The notes under the pieces are model-generated. The model ran no database searches, had not been told where the DNA came from, and saw only the letters and a program-made list of their open reading frames with translations. The position numbers and the translations under genes were made by a program. A DNA stretch of 64,000 nucleotides from Nitrosopumilus sp. (GTDB lineage Archaea; Thermoproteota; Nitrososphaeria; Nitrososphaerales; Nitrosopumilaceae), in the NCBI GenBank assembly GCA_963667665.2, contig OY763927.2:896001-960000 (forward strand), given 5' to 3'. This document shows positions 59,212-64,000 of the stretch, piece after piece. How positions within the stretch are numbered: the stretch's first letter is position 1; each line of letters begins with the position of its first letter.

Positions 59212-60951
59212 ATGCAAAAAGCTCCAGATGATGTTTCAAATATACACAACAGATTTTCTCTTACTCTAATCAATCCATCATCACATTACTTTTCCTTAGT
59301 TGGATCATTAATTGTCGCAACAGTAATTACAGTTATAACATATTTGGGATATCTTAATTCAGAAGAATTCCTATTTAGAATTCCCTTAGTAGTTGGAGTT
59401 TTAGTAATTACACAATTAATTGATTCTAGATTTACAAAAAAGAAAGAATACTCCAAAGCACTTCATGCATCACTTTTTTCAAACCTGTTATGGATAGCAA
59501 CTCTGCTTATGGGGTTATTAGCAAGTTTTGTATTATCAAAAGAAACATCTTTGTTTTTTGTGACATTTGGAATGTTTTTGTTTGCAAGTTTAAGAATTGG
59601 TCTTTTTACAACTGTGCTGGGAGCAAATATCAAAAAGGCGTGGGCAATTTGTTTTGTACAACCACTTGCAATGTTTCTAGTATTAATTCCACAAGATATG
59701 TGGATGCCAATGCTTACAAACCCAATGTCATTAGGGTACGGAATAGTATTTTTGATCATTGCCAGTGTGTGGTCCATAGTTACAGATAGAGCTGGAAGAC
59801 CAGGAATGGAAAGTACACACAAAACAATTCAAGCATATTTAGCTTCACAAAAAAATGACTTTACAGAAGCGGAAGAGTTGATGGAGCAACGCTCAAGCAA
59901 GACCAAAGTATCTACATCTCAAATTAGACTACTATCATCTAATGAAAATACAGAATTTAGAATGATTTTGCCAGAAATTCATCCAGGACCATATCATCCA
60001 GTAGGAGGAAGTAACATACCCTATCTAATTTACAAAAATTTTAATTCATCAGCCATGGTAATGCACAGTATTTCAGACCATGCACTAAATCTACCCTCAA
60101 AAAACGAAGTAGATAACTATCTAAAAAATTTAGAAAATAGTGTAGTCAAGGAAGAAGGATTACAATGTACAGAACCAGTAACAGTTCAGATAAACAAAGC
60201 AAGAGTAACAGGATTATTATTTGGAAAAAGTCCATTATTGTTTTTGTCTTTAGCACCACATGGAATGGAAGATATTCCAAGTTACATGAAGACAGAAATC
60301 GAACAATACGCAAAGAACCGAAGTTATGTTAGAGCAATCATAGTAGATTGCCACAATGCTATGGGAAAAGAAATTTCAAAAGACAATGGAGAAGATATGT
60401 TAAAGGCCGCAAAATCTTGCTTAGACACTCTAATAACAAAAGACAGTTTTCCAATTGAATTTGGATATGCAAATTCTGATGACATGGATGTATGGACTGA
60501 AGATCTAGGTATGGGAGGAATAGGAATTATTTGTCTTAAAATTAATGATAAAAAATATTTTCTTGGATGGGCAGATGCCAATAATATGGAAAATGGTGTA
60601 AGAGAGAAGATAATAGATAGTTTAGCAGAGAGGAATTTTCAATTACTTGAAATTTGTACATCAGACACACATTATGCTCCAGTTAAAGCTAGAAACAAAA
60701 ACGGATACTATCAATTAGGTTTGATTACAGGAGCTGAGAAATTATCGAAATGGTTTTTGGACATTGCTAAGATTGCTGAAACAAAAATAACATTTGCAAA
60801 ATATGAAATTTTAGAAAACCAAACATATGTGAAAATAATGGGACAGGGAATATTTGAGGATTATTCTAAAGCACTTGATAACTCTTTGAAAATAACAAAA
60901 GGGTTTATGATTGGCGGAGTATGTCTTTTCATAACTAGTCTGTTTCTATAG
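59212..60951 (+). CDS. DUF2070 family membrane protein
   Basis: N-terminal TMs, HPGP, GGSN, DCHN, DANNM, TSDTH. Confidence 0.8.
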   Translation: MQKAPDDVSNIHNRFSLTLINPSSHYFSLVGSLIVATVITVITYLGYLNSEEFLFRIPLVVGVLVITQLIDSRFTKKKEYSKALHASLFSNLLWIATLLMGLLASFVLSKETSLFFVTFGMFLFASLRIGLFTTVLGANIKKAWAICFVQPLAMFLVLIPQDMWMPMLTNPMSLGYGIVFLIIASVWSIVTDRAGRPGMESTHKTIQAYLASQKNDFTEAEELMEQRSSKTKVSTSQIRLLSSNENTEFRMILPEIHPGPYHPVGGSNIPYLIYKNFNSSAMVMHSISDHALNLPSKNEVDNYLKNLENSVVKEEGLQCTEPVTVQINKARVTGLLFGKSPLLFLSLAPHGMEDIPSYMKTEIEQYAKNRSYVRAIIVDCHNAMGKEISKDNGEDMLKAAKSCLDTLITKDSFPIEFGYANSDDMDVWTEDLGMGGIGIICLKINDKKYFLGWADANNMENGVREKIIDSLAERNFQLLEICTSDTHYAPVKARNKNGYYQLGLITGAEKLSKWFLDIAKIAETKITFAKYEILENQTYVKIMGQGIFEDYSKALDNSLKITKGFMIGGVCLFITSLFL

Positions 60952-61588
60952 TCTTCATTTGATCAATGTTTCCATAAAATTCATCAATAAATGAAGAAAA
61001 TTGGAAGATAGGCACTATTGGGACATTTTCAATGAAATCAACTTTATCTTGATACAATGTAACAATTACAGGTACAGATATGGCTCCAGGTGTTTTTTTA
61101 ACATAGTGTTTTGTTCTTTCAATTTGTTTTTTGACTACAGTTGATAATGATGAAACACTATAACGCTTCCAATGTTTACAATCAATTAAAATTGCAACAC
61201 CCAATCTAATACCAATTACATCAATCTCCATTCTAGGTTTAGTCAACATCAAATTCTTGATTACTGCAAAATTTTTTGATGTTAAAATTGCTGCAGTCAA
61301 TCCTTCAAAATCTTTCCAATCTAATGCAATGGAAACTTCATCAATAGGAAGTCCTCTTTCAAGTAATTTGACTGCGATTTTTAACTTATCACCGTCCTCA
61401 AAATAATATGAATTGTCTTGTTGGGTTCCAATATTATTTTTTATGAATTCATCCAAAATTGTTTTTGAATCAACGATATTCAGTTTTGTAACAGCTGAAA
61501 AATCTTCAACGGATATTCCACCTACAAGAATTCCGGGTAATCCAACAATCATTTTAGAGTGAATTTTCAACTGAATATTTTGATTCAT
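60935..61588 (-). CDS. Mrr-like PD-(D/E)xK nuclease domain protein
   Basis: WKDFEGL, EIDVIG, IDCKHW. Confidence 0.75.
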   Translation of the reverse strand: MNQNIQLKIHSKMIVGLPGILVGGISVEDFSAVTKLNIVDSKTILDEFIKNNIGTQQDNSYYFEDGDKLKIAVKLLERGLPIDEVSIALDWKDFEGLTAAILTSKNFAVIKNLMLTKPRMEIDVIGIRLGVAILIDCKHWKRYSVSSLSTVVKKQIERTKHYVKKTPGAISVPVIVTLYQDKVDFIENVPIVPIFQFSSFIDEFYGNIDQMKTIETD

Positions 61589-61669
61589 GTGAACGATATA
61601 GGTTTTAGGAGATATGAATCTCAGGGTATTATAACATAGATTTTATTACAAGCGTTTTAAATTATGATT

Positions 61670-64000
61670 ATGAAAAAATTGCTAGTTGCCATACTAGCTC
61701 TTTCAATTGCAACAATCATGTATAATGAATCATTTGCAGAAAAAGGTACATTTTTTGATTCGGTAAAATTCATTCAATATCTTGATGAAAATACAGCATT
61801 AGAAGAAGTACGAAATGGGAATCTAGATGTTTATTATTATAGAATTTCATCAGATAGATTAGAGAATTTTCAGGCAAGAGAAGGATTACAAGTTTTTGAT
61901 TCTACAGGTGGATCATATAGTATTCTAGTAAATCCTGCAGAGTCTGAAGAATTTAATCCATTTTCAAATAAGGATATCAGATTTGCACTAAACTATCTAG
62001 TTGATAGAAAGTTAATTGTAAATGAATTGATGGGAGGATTTGGATCTCCAATCATTTCTTACTATAGCCCATCAGATCCAGAATACCTTACAGTTATTGA
62101 AGAATTAGAGACATTTAATTTCAAATACAATCCCACACTAGCAGAAAAAATCATCTCCCAGGTACTAAAAGAAGAAGGAGCTGTTAAAATTGATGAGAAA
62201 TGGCAATTTGATTCAAAACCAATAGTAATTACAATTTTTATCAGAAGTGATGATCCAGTAAGAAAATCAATAGGGGAAATCCTAGCAGTTGAATTACAAA
62301 AAATTGGATTTACAGTCAAAAAGGATTTTGGAGATCTGAACAAAGCATTTGTTATAGTGTATGGTTCAGACCCATCTGATTTGAAGTGGAGTTTATACAC
62401 TGAGGGCTGGGCACGTTCTGCATTTGTAAGATATGATTCTGTAGGATTAGGTCAAATGTATTCTCCTTGGTTTTCAAATATGCCAGGATTCAATGACCCA
62501 TCTTATTGGAATTACAAAAATGATAGATTAGATGAACTCACACAGAAAATATACACTGGTGATTTTGAGTCATCAGAAAAAAGATCAGAATTGATTCAAG
62601 AGGCAGTTGTTGAAGGAGTAAATGAGGCAGTTAGAATTTTTTTGGCAAGCAAGATTGATCAATATGTTGCAAATGAAAATGTGAAGGGAATTATAAATGA
62701 CTTTGGTGCAGGAGTTCCAAGTAGATTTACTCCGATTAATGCAAAAAGCAATAGTAATGAGTTTGTAATTGGTGTAAAGCAAATCTATCAAGGAGCATGG
62801 AATCCAGTCATGGGATTATCTGATAGTTATAGTAGACACATTTGGGGAATAATTTCAGATCCTGCAACATTCAAGCATCCATTTACAGGAGAAACATTTC
62901 CTGTCAGAGCAAAATGGCAAGTTGAAACTGCAGGGCCAAGTGAAAAACTAAGTGTTCCTCAAGATGCAAAAATTTGGAACCCAACATTACAGAAATGGGA
63001 AAATATTTTGCCAGATACATTTGCAACAAGTAAGGTAACATTTGATTTTGAATTTAGTAATTGGCATAATGGACAAATGATGGATATTAATGACATTTTA
63101 CACTCGTTATATTTCACAATAGAGTGGGGAACTCAAACAGATGACAATGATAGAACTTTTGATACAGAATTCACACCAAGAGCATCACAAGTTATTAAAA
63201 CAATTATCGGAGTGACCCAAATTGATGAAGACACAATAGAAGTTTATGTTGATTATTGGCATTTTGATGAAGGTGAGATTGCAGATTGGGCAGTACTATG
63301 GAATTCAATGCCATGGGAAATTTCATCGGCAATGGAGAAAGCAGTCATGGATGGAAAAGTATCATTTTCAAGATCTGGAGCTACAAGTAAAAATGTAAGC
63401 TGGTTATCATTGATTATTCCAAAAGATGCAAACATCATCAAAGATTATTTGCAAGAATTCAAGGATTCAAACTATGTTCCTGCGCCATTAAAAGAAAATT
63501 ATCAAAATTTAGAATATTTTCAAAATAGATATGATTCTTCAATAAAATGGATTGATAACAACAATCATGCAGTGATTAGTAACGGTCCATTTTATTTGAA
63601 ATCATATGCACCAGAATCACGGACAATAACAGTAAGCGCATTCAATGATGATTCATATCCATTTAAGATTGGGAAATGGTCACAATTTGAAAAAGCAAAA
63701 GAACCAATCATCACAAACATAGAAATGAAAAACATCATTCAGCAAGGAGAAAAATTAGAAATTAGAGTAGAGACGGAACATGCAGATTCTATTCTATACT
63801 TTTTAACAAATAGTGAAGGGAAGATGATATCATCAGAGACACTCAACATAACAGAAAATATTATTACCATCGACATACCTTCAGAAAATACAAACTATTT
63901 AGGGATAGGTGCAAACAATGTCAAGATATTTGCAATTTCAAATTCTGTTCTAAAACCTGATTTTTATGAATCAAGTTTTATCGTAACTAACTATAAAGAA
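61670..64000 (+). CDS. Peptide/nickel ABC transporter substrate-binding protein (family 5); runs off the right edge
   Basis: Manual reading: signal peptide MKKLLVAILALSIA, 'FNPFSNKDIRFALNYLVDR', 'WHNGQMMDINDI'; no stop seen. Confidence 0.85.
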   Translation, partial: MKKLLVAILALSIATIMYNESFAEKGTFFDSVKFIQYLDENTALEEVRNGNLDVYYYRISSDRLENFQAREGLQVFDSTGGSYSILVNPAESEEFNPFSNKDIRFALNYLVDRKLIVNELMGGFGSPIISYYSPSDPEYLTVIEELETFNFKYNPTLAEKIISQVLKEEGAVKIDEKWQFDSKPIVITIFIRSDDPVRKSIGEILAVELQKIGFTVKKDFGDLNKAFVIVYGSDPSDLKWSLYTEGWARSAFVRYDSVGLGQMYSPWFSNMPGFNDPSYWNYKNDRLDELTQKIYTGDFESSEKRSELIQEAVVEGVNEAVRIFLASKIDQYVANENVKGIINDFGAGVPSRFTPINAKSNSNEFVIGVKQIYQGAWNPVMGLSDSYSRHIWGIISDPATFKHPFTGETFPVRAKWQVETAGPSEKLSVPQDAKIWNPTLQKWENILPDTFATSKVTFDFEFSNWHNGQMMDINDILHSLYFTIEWGTQTDDNDRTFDTEFTPRASQVIKTIIGVTQIDEDTIEVYVDYWHFDEGEIADWAVLWNSMPWEISSAMEKAVMDGKVSFSRSGATSKNVSWLSLIIPKDANIIKDYLQEFKDSNYVPAPLKENYQNLEYFQNRYDSSIKWIDNNNHAVISNGPFYLKSYAPESRTITVSAFNDDSYPFKIGKWSQFEKAKEPIITNIEMKNIIQQGEKLEIRVETEHADSILYFLTNSEGKMISSETLNITENIITIDIPSENTNYLGIGANNVKIFAISNSVLKPDFYESSFIVTNYKE

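Noticed and set aside
60935-61588. Mrr-like nuclease as part of a defence system
   Set aside because: Embedded among core genes with no defence or mobility neighbours

Overview
AT-rich archaeal DNA with Nitrosopumilaceae-type (Thaumarchaeota) core genes from about 26.5 kb onward: proS, egtB/egtD, smc, ino1, deoxyhypusine synthase, Alba, dinB, archaeosortase, RNase P RNA, cofD/cofC, tfb, SUI1, Sec61beta and an ABC substrate-binding protein. The first ~26.4 kb is a nested mobile/defence island. It holds a GC-rich DUF285/BspA surface-protein gene, a decayed tyrosine-integrase fragment, an 871-bp direct duplication carrying an IS6-like transposase remnant, and a plasmid-like segment with origin-like features and a 1038-aa ATPase ending at a tRNA-Ala 3' fragment. 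A 9.3-kb block bounded by ~50-bp inverted repeats follows, then an intact tyrosine integrase. The strongest candidates for undescribed biology are: (1) two CARF-like/wHTH regulators, each with a palindromic operator against its own start codon and divergent from nuclease or R-M-like genes, one with a 35-bp site present three times; (2) a catalytically degenerate type I R-M-like fusion coupled to an RxxxxH (HEPN-like) protein; (3) a YwgA/SocA-like + SAMHD1-like HD + cytidine deaminase operon; (4) an SNase + GIY-YIG + HNH triple-nuclease operon. All family calls come from motifs read by eye; no database searches were run.
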